Positions 40,134 to 49,986 of a stretch of DNA of 64,000 nt are shown here, piece after piece (the first letter of the stretch is position 1; every line of letters begins with the position of its first letter). The translations under genes were made by a program, and so were the position numbers. This DNA comes from Rhodothermales bacterium (lineage in GTDB: Bacteria; Bacteroidota; Rhodothermia; Rhodothermales; Bin80), in the NCBI GenBank assembly GCA_965261255.1, contig CBDHCQ010000004.1, forward strand, positions 3,215,559 through 3,279,558, in the 5' to 3' direction. Below the pieces are notes generated by a model. It searched no databases. It worked only from the letters and a program-made list of their open reading frames with translations, and had not been told where the DNA came from.

Positions 40134-41117
40134 TTGTCGATCAAGCGCCAAAATTTTTTGCTCCAGGAAGGATACGTTCTGCATACCTACGGAGAAGAGA
40201 CCTATCTGCGGCATGCAGTTGCCTCGGTTGTTACGCTTCGACGTTACGACAAAGTTCGCCCCGTAGCTCTCTACTGCCCAGCTTCACACGCTGAGGTTTG
40301 CCGTCGTAATGGATTAACTGATCTATTTACAACCATTGAGCTGCTGCCGGATGAGAACTGTTCAATTAACGGGTTCAAGCATCATCTGAATGAATTCAAG
40401 CCTTGGGAGCGAAGTCTGTACATAGATTGTGATATGGTCTGGTGCAGAAACCCGGATGCACTCTGGGCACAGCTGTCTGTGTACCCCTTTACAATCACGG
40501 GACTGGAGCGGGCAGACTATTATTTTGGCGGCCCGAAGAATGCCGCGGTGATCCTGGAATTTTTGCGTGATCGCCGCCGTCGCACACTGAAACGGTTCGG
40601 GTTAACACATTTACCGCGCGTACAGGCCGGGATGATTTACGCGGCAGATCCTGAGGTGACAAAATCTGTCTGCGACGCAGCGGGGCGCTTTCGGACCCGT
40701 GTGTCCGAGACACACTTCAGAACACGATTACTGGAAGGGCGATCCGAAGAATCCTGTGAATGGAGCCTCGCAATGGCAATGAGTCACCTAGGGCTACCGG
40801 TATACCACTGGTATCAAGGCGTAAACAGTCCGCAACTGGATTATATACCCGGCATGACCGAGCACACGCCAGACTTTGAAAATGTGGTTTGTGACTACTA
40901 CACTGACCGTTTTGTGTACGAAATTCGGGGCCTCAAGAATGCGAAGGTTCGTCAGTTCTGTTTGTGGCTGGCGGGTGAACTGCTTCGAAGACGGGATTAT
41001 CTGAGGGTGACGCCGTTTGCGCTGCATTTCAGTTGGCTCCACGCAAAGCAACCATTCCACGACTTTGCAGACCGTGTATGGGCCCAGGTGACCGACTCGT
41101 CTAGCCCCTTAAAATGA
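40134..41117 (+). CDS. Hypothetical GT8-like nucleotide-sugar transferase
   Basis: YVLHTYGEETYLRHAVASVVTLRRY followed by a D-x-D-like YIDCDMVW. TTG start per the ORF track, with no nearby in-frame ATG. Confidence 0.4.
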   Translation: MSIKRQNFLLQEGYVLHTYGEETYLRHAVASVVTLRRYDKVRPVALYCPASHAEVCRRNGLTDLFTTIELLPDENCSINGFKHHLNEFKPWERSLYIDCDMVWCRNPDALWAQLSVYPFTITGLERADYYFGGPKNAAVILEFLRDRRRRTLKRFGLTHLPRVQAGMIYAADPEVTKSVCDAAGRFRTRVSETHFRTRLLEGRSEESCEWSLAMAMSHLGLPVYHWYQGVNSPQLDYIPGMTEHTPDFENVVCDYYTDRFVYEIRGLKNAKVRQFCLWLAGELLRRRDYLRVTPFALHFSWLHAKQPFHDFADRVWAQVTDSSSPLK

Positions 41118-42690
41118 GGTGCCAGTAAAAAGTCAGATAGTCTCTCGTATCCGGCAGCGCAAGAATAACCACAAAAGTCGCCGCGAACAGGAGAGGCAGA
41201 ATTAGGATACCCAAGCTGCTTCCGCGGGCCTGTCCACGTACAAAAGCCGCGCAGTCCATGGCACTGCCGATAATACAGTATACTTTTACCGCAATCCAGG
41301 TCAATGTTAGGACGAGGGCAAGTTGTCCAAACCGATCGGGGCTCAGGCTTGGGGCAATCATCACCATAGGTACCAATAGTGCCATGGGGATATAGGCCAT
41401 GCCACTGATGACAAAGAACTGCTCCATGGACGTATTGATTGCTTTACGCGCACCGAGTGTCCCGAAAGTGGCTGACAAAAGCTGGAACATCAGGTAGGCA
41501 GCGACCGTGACGAGTATCAAGAGACTTGGACTGGAGGCCAAGTTCGCCAGGCGACCCTGTATGTATGGATTTAGTGGAGCTGCCATAGCCTCGGTCAGCC
41601 GGAGCTCTGCGAATGCTTCAATAAGTATCAGCATTGCCGCAGCAGCAAGGAGTCCCTGTGCGACAACAAATACAAAGGATGCGGCCCCCAGGAGTGCACA
41701 CTCACGATACAGAGTCTCCCTGTACAAAACCCGGCTCAAAAAATATCGTCGCAGGATTTCGAAGAACCGTCTGAACCAGAAGCACAGAATGACAACCAGA
41801 AAGCAGACGATCCAGGCCAGAATCAGGCTCCCAGCGGGCTTCTGGCGAGGACGGCTGCCCATGTCAAACGCAAAGATGTTCTGGGTATTCGTATAGATGC
41901 CCTGCAGAACACTGTATGCCGGTCGTTCCCGATTCGCCGCATCAATCAGTCCCCATTGGGGGCCGGAATTCGCAAAATCCTGCCACCGATAAACAAAGAT
42001 TACCTCTGCGGTGCTGTCAAGGAGTGGGGGCAGATAGTTTTCCAGGTAACGTGCCTGGGATTCGGGGGAATGTTTTCGACGCAAGCCGAGAGTTTCATCG
42101 TCAACTTTTTGCCCAATGCTTGCGAACCCAATGGGGGTTGATCCCGCCCAGTTTTCCAGTGCCGACGTCGGCGTATATCCTTTGCGTACATCCACCAAGA
42201 CGAGATCAACATGTTCGGAACACTGATCCTGTTCCAGGAAAGCGGTGGTGTAGTACAGGACAAGTTCAGAAGCCTCTTCAGCAAGCTGTTCAAAATACTC
42301 GCAGGCGCGCGGGGTGCTGGTATCGCTCTTAGTTGATACGCCAAAGTGCTGTGCAGACGGGTGGAGCAGGCTCACCAGCGTGGCTTGCCACACCAGGCGC
42401 TTCGCATAATCCAGGGAGTCCAGCAATATATCAGCGGGCAAAAACTCGAGGGGCATATCCTGAAACAACCGCAATCCAAGCGTGTCCGCAACGTCGAGCA
42501 GAGCGTTATCTGTAACCCAGGGCAGCCGAACCGCTTCCACACCGGCTTCGTGCATTTCCAGGAGATGCCGGACAGTGGGAGGCTCAGGTGCATCCCAGAC
42601 TACACCCTTTAGGGGCTGTGACTGGCTGTGAGCACGCTGAGTCCAGGCACATAGTAGAACCAGACCCAGAATCACATATGTGCGGTTCAT
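41101..42690 (-). CDS. Membrane protein with an N-terminal secreted TIM-barrel-like (glycosidase-like) region and a C-terminal polytopic domain
   Basis: A signal peptide, then a ~270-aa soluble region (KGVVWDAPE...HEAGVEAVRLPW), then about six hydrophobic helices. The function is unknown. Confidence 0.45.
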   Translation of the reverse strand: MNRTYVILGLVLLCAWTQRAHSQSQPLKGVVWDAPEPPTVRHLLEMHEAGVEAVRLPWVTDNALLDVADTLGLRLFQDMPLEFLPADILLDSLDYAKRLVWQATLVSLLHPSAQHFGVSTKSDTSTPRACEYFEQLAEEASELVLYYTTAFLEQDQCSEHVDLVLVDVRKGYTPTSALENWAGSTPIGFASIGQKVDDETLGLRRKHSPESQARYLENYLPPLLDSTAEVIFVYRWQDFANSGPQWGLIDAANRERPAYSVLQGIYTNTQNIFAFDMGSRPRQKPAGSLILAWIVCFLVVILCFWFRRFFEILRRYFLSRVLYRETLYRECALLGAASFVFVVAQGLLAAAAMLILIEAFAELRLTEAMAAPLNPYIQGRLANLASSPSLLILVTVAAYLMFQLLSATFGTLGARKAINTSMEQFFVISGMAYIPMALLVPMVMIAPSLSPDRFGQLALVLTLTWIAVKVYCIIGSAMDCAAFVRGQARGSSLGILILPLLFAATFVVILALPDTRDYLTFYWHLILRG

Positions 42691-42696
42691 GATGGA

Positions 42697-45216
42697 TCAA
42701 TACGTCGCCACGCTTCGTTGTCCTGCGAGGAAAACAGCGTTTGCCAGCAGAAGTCGGCCGCTGTAGTAAAAGCCCCTATAGATCGGGTTATCAACGAAAT
42801 AAATGACTCCGCCTCGTCCGATCGATTCCATGCCCAGAACCAGCGAGTTGCTCAGGGCGTCCTGTGCTTCCATACCTGCGAACCCCGCAACGCGGCTACC
42901 CTCCTTGAGTACACCAACGTTCCATCCATCTTCCAGCCACGCGTAAGCTCGGCTGCTGCTCTTAAGTGTAAAGTAGTCCTGTTCGTAGCCAAATGCCAGG
43001 GGATGCGTAGTATCCAGCTCCGTGCGAAAGATAGCTCCGGTGACATCTTCGGTGATTCCATGGCGATAGCGGTCGGCGTAGGGTCGAAGCCGTACACTCA
43101 GTGAATCTTCATCCTCATCATCTTCGTTGGGTTTGATTTGCAGTCCGAAGCCGTCCTTGCCAGCAAGGAAACGAGTTGCATTGCCGAGTGAGATCAGGCG
43201 ACCACCCTCCCGAAGCCAATTCTGAATCTCTTCCAGTCGGCGCTCGCTCAAGACATCTCCGTAGCTGCCGGAAGGTAATATGATCACATCATAGCGAAAT
43301 AGCGGCAGGCTACCAAAATCGTCGCTGTTAACAAGCGTAGTACCGTACTCGAGTTGTTCATCAAAGAAATGCCATAACTCCCCGAGATTGTACGAACTGA
43401 CGGCGGGCCCCGCGACAATAGCAATACGTGGTGCACGCATAAAGACCACATCGCCTGAGCCAAAGTCAACACCTTCGGTGACGCGTGTTGTATTGACAGC
43501 GTCAACGTGCTGATTTGTGTGGCGGGCTGCCTGGATGACGAGGGAATCGAAGGCTGCCCCTGCTCCCCCACGTGTCATTATGAGCGTACCCTCGTCGTAG
43601 GATTTATTGTTGATTTTGAAGGGTACTTCTGCGTAGCGCGCCTTCACACCCTTCCGCATGAGTGCTGCAAGGAATCGGGCATCCTCAAAACTCTTCCACT
43701 CGGCCAGATAGGCGACGGGGCGCGAAGGAAGCGTTTTTGGTTCAGAAATAGCGGCGGTGGGTGCCCATGTTACCTCATCTTCCATCGCATACGCTTCCAG
43801 ACCGTACACGTACGGCAGGGCCCAGGCAGTAATGTCGTAGCTGAGCGAGTCTTCCAATTCAGCCTCGGGTTCAAAAAGTACATTGGCCAGCACACCCTTC
43901 GGCTGTGCAGCCGGAACAACAAGGTCCCCAGATTCAATACTTACACGGTCTGCGGAACCCGATTGATAGGCAAACCCATCTCCCGCGCTAGCCGTGGTTG
44001 CGAAACCGTAAGTAATTCCGAGGAGATCCAAATGATTGGCGAGTACACGAACCTTGTCCTCCTGACCTATGTTGCGCACAACATAGGCAGCATGTTCTCC
44101 ACTTGGTTGGGATGCAGCATTCTGGAAGTATTCGGCAAACTCGGTGGTGAGACGATCCCGCTGGTTTGCAGCTACCTCAATGGTGGACAGACTGGTCGTG
44201 TAGTGATGTTCTATACGATCGGAGAGTGTCAGCGTATCTCCTTCGGCTGTAATGATGCCAAGTCCTGCACGTCCTGAGCCAGCCTGTTCATAGGTCATCC
44301 CAATTGCTCCATTGAACGTGGGCCATGTATCACCATAGCCTGGATAGAAGAGGTCGAAAATCTGTCTGGTAAAGAACAACCAGCCTTCTTCATCGAAATA
44401 GCGTGCATGATTGGCTCCTATGAGCTCCTGAAACTCACGCTGCCATGACGTGATGTACGCATGGTAGGGCACCGCCGCCGGAGCAAAAAAGTAGGGACTG
44501 TTCACGCTCTGCTCATGAAAATCCACATGGACATGAGGCATCCACCGATTATAGTGTGGAAGGCGCTGACGCGTTTCGAGCTGTGTTCCCCAAGCCCAAT
44601 CCCGATTCAGGTCAAAGTAGTAGTGATTGGTTCTTCCCCCTGGCCAGGGCTCTGAGTGCTCACGCGCTTCCCCTTGCACGTTTTGCGTGTGCCCCCGTGC
44701 TTGGCGATAAAAATGGACATAGCGGTCACGACCATCCGGGTTGAGACACGGGTCGATGATAACGACGGTATTTTCGAGCCATGTCTGCACATTGGTATCC
44801 GTACTGCTTACCAGTGTATGAATTACTGCCAATGCGGCCTCCGTACCCACAGATTCATTACCGTGAACATTATAGCTGAGCCACACGAGGGCTGGGGTGT
44901 CTTCTACTGGAACTCCTTCCTGGAGGCCGGCCCGCTGCAGGTTGGCAGTACGAATTTCCTCCAGTCTTGCCATATTATCGGGCGAAGAGATGATCAGGTA
45001 CTGCAACACCCGGCTCTCGTAAGTGTGACCGTACTCAACACGATCCACGTTCCCGGCATTCTCCGCAACATGGCGGACATATTCGGTTACGCGGTGATGG
45101 GGTGTGAAACGTTCACCGAGTTCATAGCCGAGGAAATCGGCGGGGCTGCGGAGTTGTGCTTCTGCGCTGTGAACAAGGGGAATAAGTAAAAAGAAACAAG
45201 CGAGGTAGCTTTTCAT
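42697..45216 (-). CDS. M14-family zinc carboxypeptidase-like protein (large form)
   Basis: A signal peptide, then NVHGNESVGTEA (the HxxE zinc motif) and DFHE further on. 839 aa. Confidence 0.8.
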   Translation of the reverse strand: MKSYLACFFLLIPLVHSAEAQLRSPADFLGYELGERFTPHHRVTEYVRHVAENAGNVDRVEYGHTYESRVLQYLIISSPDNMARLEEIRTANLQRAGLQEGVPVEDTPALVWLSYNVHGNESVGTEAALAVIHTLVSSTDTNVQTWLENTVVIIDPCLNPDGRDRYVHFYRQARGHTQNVQGEAREHSEPWPGGRTNHYYFDLNRDWAWGTQLETRQRLPHYNRWMPHVHVDFHEQSVNSPYFFAPAAVPYHAYITSWQREFQELIGANHARYFDEEGWLFFTRQIFDLFYPGYGDTWPTFNGAIGMTYEQAGSGRAGLGIITAEGDTLTLSDRIEHHYTTSLSTIEVAANQRDRLTTEFAEYFQNAASQPSGEHAAYVVRNIGQEDKVRVLANHLDLLGITYGFATTASAGDGFAYQSGSADRVSIESGDLVVPAAQPKGVLANVLFEPEAELEDSLSYDITAWALPYVYGLEAYAMEDEVTWAPTAAISEPKTLPSRPVAYLAEWKSFEDARFLAALMRKGVKARYAEVPFKINNKSYDEGTLIMTRGGAGAAFDSLVIQAARHTNQHVDAVNTTRVTEGVDFGSGDVVFMRAPRIAIVAGPAVSSYNLGELWHFFDEQLEYGTTLVNSDDFGSLPLFRYDVIILPSGSYGDVLSERRLEEIQNWLREGGRLISLGNATRFLAGKDGFGLQIKPNEDDEDEDSLSVRLRPYADRYRHGITEDVTGAIFRTELDTTHPLAFGYEQDYFTLKSSSRAYAWLEDGWNVGVLKEGSRVAGFAGMEAQDALSNSLVLGMESIGRGGVIYFVDNPIYRGFYYSGRLLLANAVFLAGQRSVATY

Positions 45217-46961
45217 GATCCGTTGTTTTTCGAGCTATGTTCACGTAGTGCCTCAATGCGAAGTTGTCTGGTTACACGGCCGTTCCACCTGTTCTCCTCC
45301 ACATAGCATAAGATATCCAGTCCAGTCTGTTGTGCGCGGGCTTTCTCAGCGATGGCATGGTGTCGGCCCTGCCAGAAACCGATGGCATCCATGACCATAT
45401 TAGATTGTGGCTCTTTCAAGAGCATTTTCAGGTGCTGTCCTCTGCTGAGCAGACGCACGGATACCGGCTGCAATCCTTCCACATAGAAGAGTGGCGCTTC
45501 ATTCTCTTTGCCGAAGGGCTCGCAGGATTTGAGCACACGTTCAAATTTTCCGGGGATCATGGCGAGGTTCAACTGAGCATCGTACTCCAGCTGCGGCTCA
45601 ACCAATTGTTTGCCTACTTGTGAGTAAACCTCGGCATTCAGTTTTTCTTTGAAAAGGGGAAGGTCTTCTTTTTTCAAGGTAAGTCCGGCCGCCTTTTCAT
45701 GGCCTCCGAATCGGATCAACATATCCGCACAGCCTCTTATGGCATCAAGAATATGAATATCACCATGTGTACGCACACTACCGAACACTTCTTCTCCGTC
45801 CGAATTTGGAACATCGGTTAGCATTACGGCCGGGCGTCCAAATTCCCCGACCATCTGTGATGCAGCTGAGCCCAGGATGCCTGGATGCCAATCCGGATGG
45901 TGGAGTACAAGCGCACTCGTATGGGATCCAGCCAGTTGTGTTTGCGCGAGCTTCTTTGCAGTTGGGCGTAGCCGTGCTGCCTGTTTTTTTCTGTCTATGT
46001 TGAGTTCATTTAGCCGTTTGGCACAAGCCGTGGCTTCGCTCTCCGATTTTGCCATTAACAGCGCGAGTGCCTCGTCTGCATGGGCGAGTCGACCCGCAGC
46101 ATTCAGGCGGGGACCAAGCTGCATAGCGATATTACTCGCCGTCAAGTGTTCCTGCTCACAGCCGGAAACAGACGTGAGCGCCCGGAGGCCTGGGGACGGT
46201 GCTGCGCGCAGCTTTTCTATTCCCTCGCGTACCAGGATGCGGTTCTCGTCCACCAGAGGCATGATATCGCATACAGTAGAGATTGCCACGAGATCAAGGT
46301 AATCGTCCGCCAGACTGACAGGTTGACCAAGCTCTTCCAGCGTGACCTGGACCAGTTTATAGGCAAGCGCACAGGCGGATACATCTTTCAACGGGTAATC
46401 GCAACCTTCCCGTTTGGGATTTACGTGTGCGCAGCAGAACGGGTTTTTGTCTTCGTTCTGATGATGATCACAGATAATGAGATCTATACCGGCCTCCTTT
46501 GCCAATGCGGCAGTTTCCTCATCATTCGTGCCACAATCCACGACAATGATCAGGGAGCTTTCCCGAGAACGCGCAAGCTCAACACCGCTCGCATGAAAAC
46601 CGTGATTCTCTTTCTGGCGATGAGGGATGTATGATGATGTCGTTAGTCCATTGGACTGCAGATACTGCAGAATCAGGGCTGTAGAGGTAACACCATCTGC
46701 GTCAAAATCTCCATAGACGAGTACTTTTTCCTTCGTCTTAATAGCCTGTGCGATACGCCGGGCAGCAACTTCAACATCGTCCAACAAATGCGGATCATGT
46801 AGGGACGCCCGCGTTGCCCGGAAATAATGTCGCGCAGTATCCAATGAGTCAATACCTCGCAGTATCAGGAAGCGTGTCAGCGGCTTGGGTAGTGAGTTCA
46901 GCTCATCGCTGAGTGCCTGCACGACAGCTTCATCCCCTACGGAACGTTCGGTCCATAGCAT
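45213..46961 (-). CDS. recJ: Single-stranded-DNA-specific exonuclease RecJ
   Basis: DHH-family motifs YGDFDADGVTS, VDCG and ICDHHQ, plus the GGHEKAAG DHHA1 motif. ATGA overlap with the downstream M14 gene. Confidence 0.9.
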   Translation of the reverse strand: MLWTERSVGDEAVVQALSDELNSLPKPLTRFLILRGIDSLDTARHYFRATRASLHDPHLLDDVEVAARRIAQAIKTKEKVLVYGDFDADGVTSTALILQYLQSNGLTTSSYIPHRQKENHGFHASGVELARSRESSLIIVVDCGTNDEETAALAKEAGIDLIICDHHQNEDKNPFCCAHVNPKREGCDYPLKDVSACALAYKLVQVTLEELGQPVSLADDYLDLVAISTVCDIMPLVDENRILVREGIEKLRAAPSPGLRALTSVSGCEQEHLTASNIAMQLGPRLNAAGRLAHADEALALLMAKSESEATACAKRLNELNIDRKKQAARLRPTAKKLAQTQLAGSHTSALVLHHPDWHPGILGSAASQMVGEFGRPAVMLTDVPNSDGEEVFGSVRTHGDIHILDAIRGCADMLIRFGGHEKAAGLTLKKEDLPLFKEKLNAEVYSQVGKQLVEPQLEYDAQLNLAMIPGKFERVLKSCEPFGKENEAPLFYVEGLQPVSVRLLSRGQHLKMLLKEPQSNMVMDAIGFWQGRHHAIAEKARAQQTGLDILCYVEENRWNGRVTRQLRIEALREHSSKNNGS

Positions 46962-47477
46962 ATTGGTCGTAATATCCTAAACTTGAAAGTCGCAATATAC
47001 ATCCAGTTTGGCAGGTGTCAGGGAGATTGTACAATAAGTGCAGTCTCTGCAACGCACAAAGCGGCCATTCAGGGACAGAGCGCGTCTTGTCACTATAGTC
47101 CCTCAAGTCCAGAGCAAATACACCTTGAAATTAACGCCTTGCGTGGATAGGGGTTGACCGGATAACCGGGATGATGGTCTACACTACCTGCGATAAATAC
47201 TATGACGAACTAAACGCAATCAACAAAATTCATGCTCTGTTGCGAAGTCATTATGATAATGGGAAAACGGTCGATGCTAATTAATCCGATGCCGTATTCG
47301 CCTTGGATGAGATCCTCGCTCCGCCGACTCGTCGCTCGGATGACACCCAAATCCTTGCATTAGCGTTGGCCATTGGGCCTACCGTTCTCGCTCATGTGAC
47401 AAAAAAGGAGATTATATACGGTAGTAGCCAATCGTCCACTGCCTTCGCATTTGGCTGAAAGAACTAATCGACTGCAA

Positions 47478-48557
47478 TTAAGCCTGAGCTAGCAGCCACG
47501 ACACGCGGTCACGCAGCTTGTCCTGTAGGTTGTAAATGTCGTTAATTGAATCAATAGGAATTTTTTCCCAAGAAGTGGCCCCGGATTGTATGGCTACCGC
47601 TTTCTTCTTAGAACCGAAGTAAAACCGACAAATGGCCCTCCGAGGATCGTTGTCAAGCAAGATATTGCAATACGTAACCCTGTCCATCATAACCACCCTG
47701 TCCAAGTCAACATGGCCTAGCAACACGGACTTAACAACATGATAGCCCATGATTTCATCTTCCGTAGTCACGATATCGGACTCCTGCTCAGAGCCCACAG
47801 CTTCATCAGGAACAACTTCAACTTCGTTACTATCTTCCGATTCGCTATCCAAGGCTAACTTTAATCGCTTTTGAACGCGATCATTGATGAATTCACGAAA
47901 AGCATCTTGGGCAATACCTACGAAAGACTCTCTAACTTTCTTAGTACGTTTACCCTTGTATACTTGACTAAGTATGAACAAGACAAAATCGTTGCTCGGC
48001 CTCTTCAGTTGGTCAGCCAATACCTGCTTAATGGATGTAATGTATTTTACGTTGGTTGCAACATGAATTGATGATTCCAGGTCAAAGGCCGACTTTGTGA
48101 AGATTTTCAGACTCTTGGCAGCCCTCTCTGTCACGTCTTCAAGGAGACTGAATTCCATGAAGGGACTTCCATCCATCCTGTTCGGTTCATCGAGGTCGGA
48201 ATAAAAGCGGTAGAGTAAGCCATTTGTCAGAATACCAAATCTTGCTTCCGTCGCAGTGAAGTAGCGGTACAATTGGGTCGCATTTTCCTGAGATAACTCG
48301 GAATCAGACGGCTTGCACTCAATTAGTAGAATTGGTGCTCCATCCTTGATTATGGCGTAATCAACCTTCTCCCCCTTCCGTTGACCAACGTCAGCGTGAT
48401 ATTCAGGAACTACTTCTGTAGGGTCAAACACGTCATATCCTAACGCGCCAATAAACGGCAATACAAGAGCCGTCTTGGTGGCTTCCTCGGATTGTGCGTG
48501 GCCAGCAATTGATTCCGCACGAGAACCAAGCGTGCGAAGTCTGTCAATGAAGTCCAT
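47478..48557 (-). CDS. HsdR_N-like PD-(D/E)xK nuclease-fold protein (type I restriction enzyme R N-terminal domain family)
   Basis: EEATKTALVLPFIGALGYD, then KVDYAIIKDGAPILLIECK (a D..E-x-K core), then FGILTNGLLYRFY. It is a stand-alone gene. Confidence 0.65.
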   Translation of the reverse strand: MDFIDRLRTLGSRAESIAGHAQSEEATKTALVLPFIGALGYDVFDPTEVVPEYHADVGQRKGEKVDYAIIKDGAPILLIECKPSDSELSQENATQLYRYFTATEARFGILTNGLLYRFYSDLDEPNRMDGSPFMEFSLLEDVTERAAKSLKIFTKSAFDLESSIHVATNVKYITSIKQVLADQLKRPSNDFVLFILSQVYKGKRTKKVRESFVGIAQDAFREFINDRVQKRLKLALDSESEDSNEVEVVPDEAVGSEQESDIVTTEDEIMGYHVVKSVLLGHVDLDRVVMMDRVTYCNILLDNDPRRAICRFYFGSKKKAVAIQSGATSWEKIPIDSINDIYNLQDKLRDRVSWLLAQA

Positions 48558-48744
48558 GGTTAGTCTCAGTTTGGGTGATCCAGAATTAGTGTTACCGATA
48601 ATAAACCTTCTGCTCCTTCCATTCGGCCAATTCCTTCCGAGACGTGAACAGCGTCGCCCTCGCTATTTTCCCGATGCGTCCGGGATAGGCCCCGGCCACT
48701 CTTCGTGACGGGCCTGCCGAGCTTGCGGTTACGTTGTTCCTTTT

Positions 48745-49152
48745 TCAAAACGGTAGATCGTTTATTGGTGAGTGGTATTTCTCCGGCTCTGCAATAAGGT
48801 CCGTGTACCGGAGCCGCTTGCCTTCCATATCTGGAGCGACACGCTCCATGTGGTCAACAGCGCCAAACGGGTGTTGGTTGTGACGGCTCGCAAACTCGGT
48901 AACGTAACGGTCCGGATGCCTACGCGACATATAGTGGTACGTTCCGTGATTGCCCCGCTTCATCATCGCCCAAAAGCTCTCCATGCCGTTCGTGTACGCC
49001 TGTTCCCGGACGTACTCCGCGACGCTATGCTTCACCGATTCCTGGTTCTCGAGGCCCATATATGCCATGGCACCGTCGGCATACACCTTCACGCATTCCT
49101 TGGTATTATCATACAGAAAGCCCTTACGCGTAGCTGCGTGCGTACTGTTCAC
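48745..49152 (-). pseudogene. IS1595-family (ISXO2-like) DDE transposase, C-terminal remnant
   Basis: YADGAMAY...HSVAEYVREQAYTNGMESFWAMMKRGNHGTYHYMSRRHPDRYVTEFASRHN matches the conserved C-terminal half of IS1595-type transposases. The N-terminal ~150 aa are missing and I found no ends. Confidence 0.7.
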
Positions 49153-49306
49153 AACTCATTGCCCAGGTAACATCAGTCTCATTAGGGAGGCAACACCCGC
49201 CTGAATATACAGTATGTATCTTCTTATGCCATTGTAGTTCTCAATCAGTTGGTCAGGTACGTCAATTTTCATTTAACGCTTATCCGCCTCCGCGGCGTTT
49301 TCGTTT

Positions 49307-49537
49307 ATGTTAAGTCAAATTGTAGTCACAACAGGCCTCGTCTGTGACATTATCGGAATAGTTTTAGTCTGGCGCTTCGGTATTCCAAAAACAATGGAAG
49401 AGCGCTGGACGGGCGGGATCCTCACGATCAATGGTCCTACCCCAGAACAGATCGAACTCAAGCAGAAACTTTCCACATTGGGGGCAGGTCTGCTCTTGTC
49501 TGGATTCGGTCTCCAGATTGTAGGGGTTTGGCCTTGA
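49307..49537 (+). CDS. Small two-helix membrane protein (hypothetical)
   Basis: The 76-aa ORF has two hydrophobic segments (IVVTTGLVCDIIGIVLVW and LGAGLLLSGFGLQIVGVW). I recognised no homolog. Confidence 0.3.
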   Translation: MLSQIVVTTGLVCDIIGIVLVWRFGIPKTMEERWTGGILTINGPTPEQIELKQKLSTLGAGLLLSGFGLQIVGVWP

Positions 49538-49986
49538 AGTAATCTTCCTGACCAACAATCGCCCAGCCCATTCACCATCGCTTGTTACCTTGAGATTTAA
49601 CTCCGATATATTGGCATCTCTTGTCCGCTGTTCAGCGGCACTCAAAATGTGACTTCAAGGCCGGCATACAATACCCGGCCTCAGAAACCCTAACTTGGGC
49701 ATGATATCCTTGTCAGTAACACTCTTGACTCCTGCGAATTGCTCAAGTGAGAACTGTCTTATAAAATCAACCAAGCCAAGTGTAAATCTGAAGATACATA
49801 CATATGAGCCATACGCTAAATTGACCGCCCAGAAACTAAATTGGCATACTTTGGAGGTTGAGAGCTAAGCCAATCTGCGTGCGAAGTACTCATCTCTCTT
49901 GAGTGGAGGATCGCACCAGATAAATGTAGACAGAGTCATGGAGAGGAGTACATTCAACTACCGGGATTGGACCTTTTACCGTAAAG

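Noticed and set aside
43507-44277. 256-aa plus-strand ORF inside the M14 peptidase gene
   Set aside because: It is an antisense shadow ORF with a Cys- and Arg-rich nonsense-like translation.
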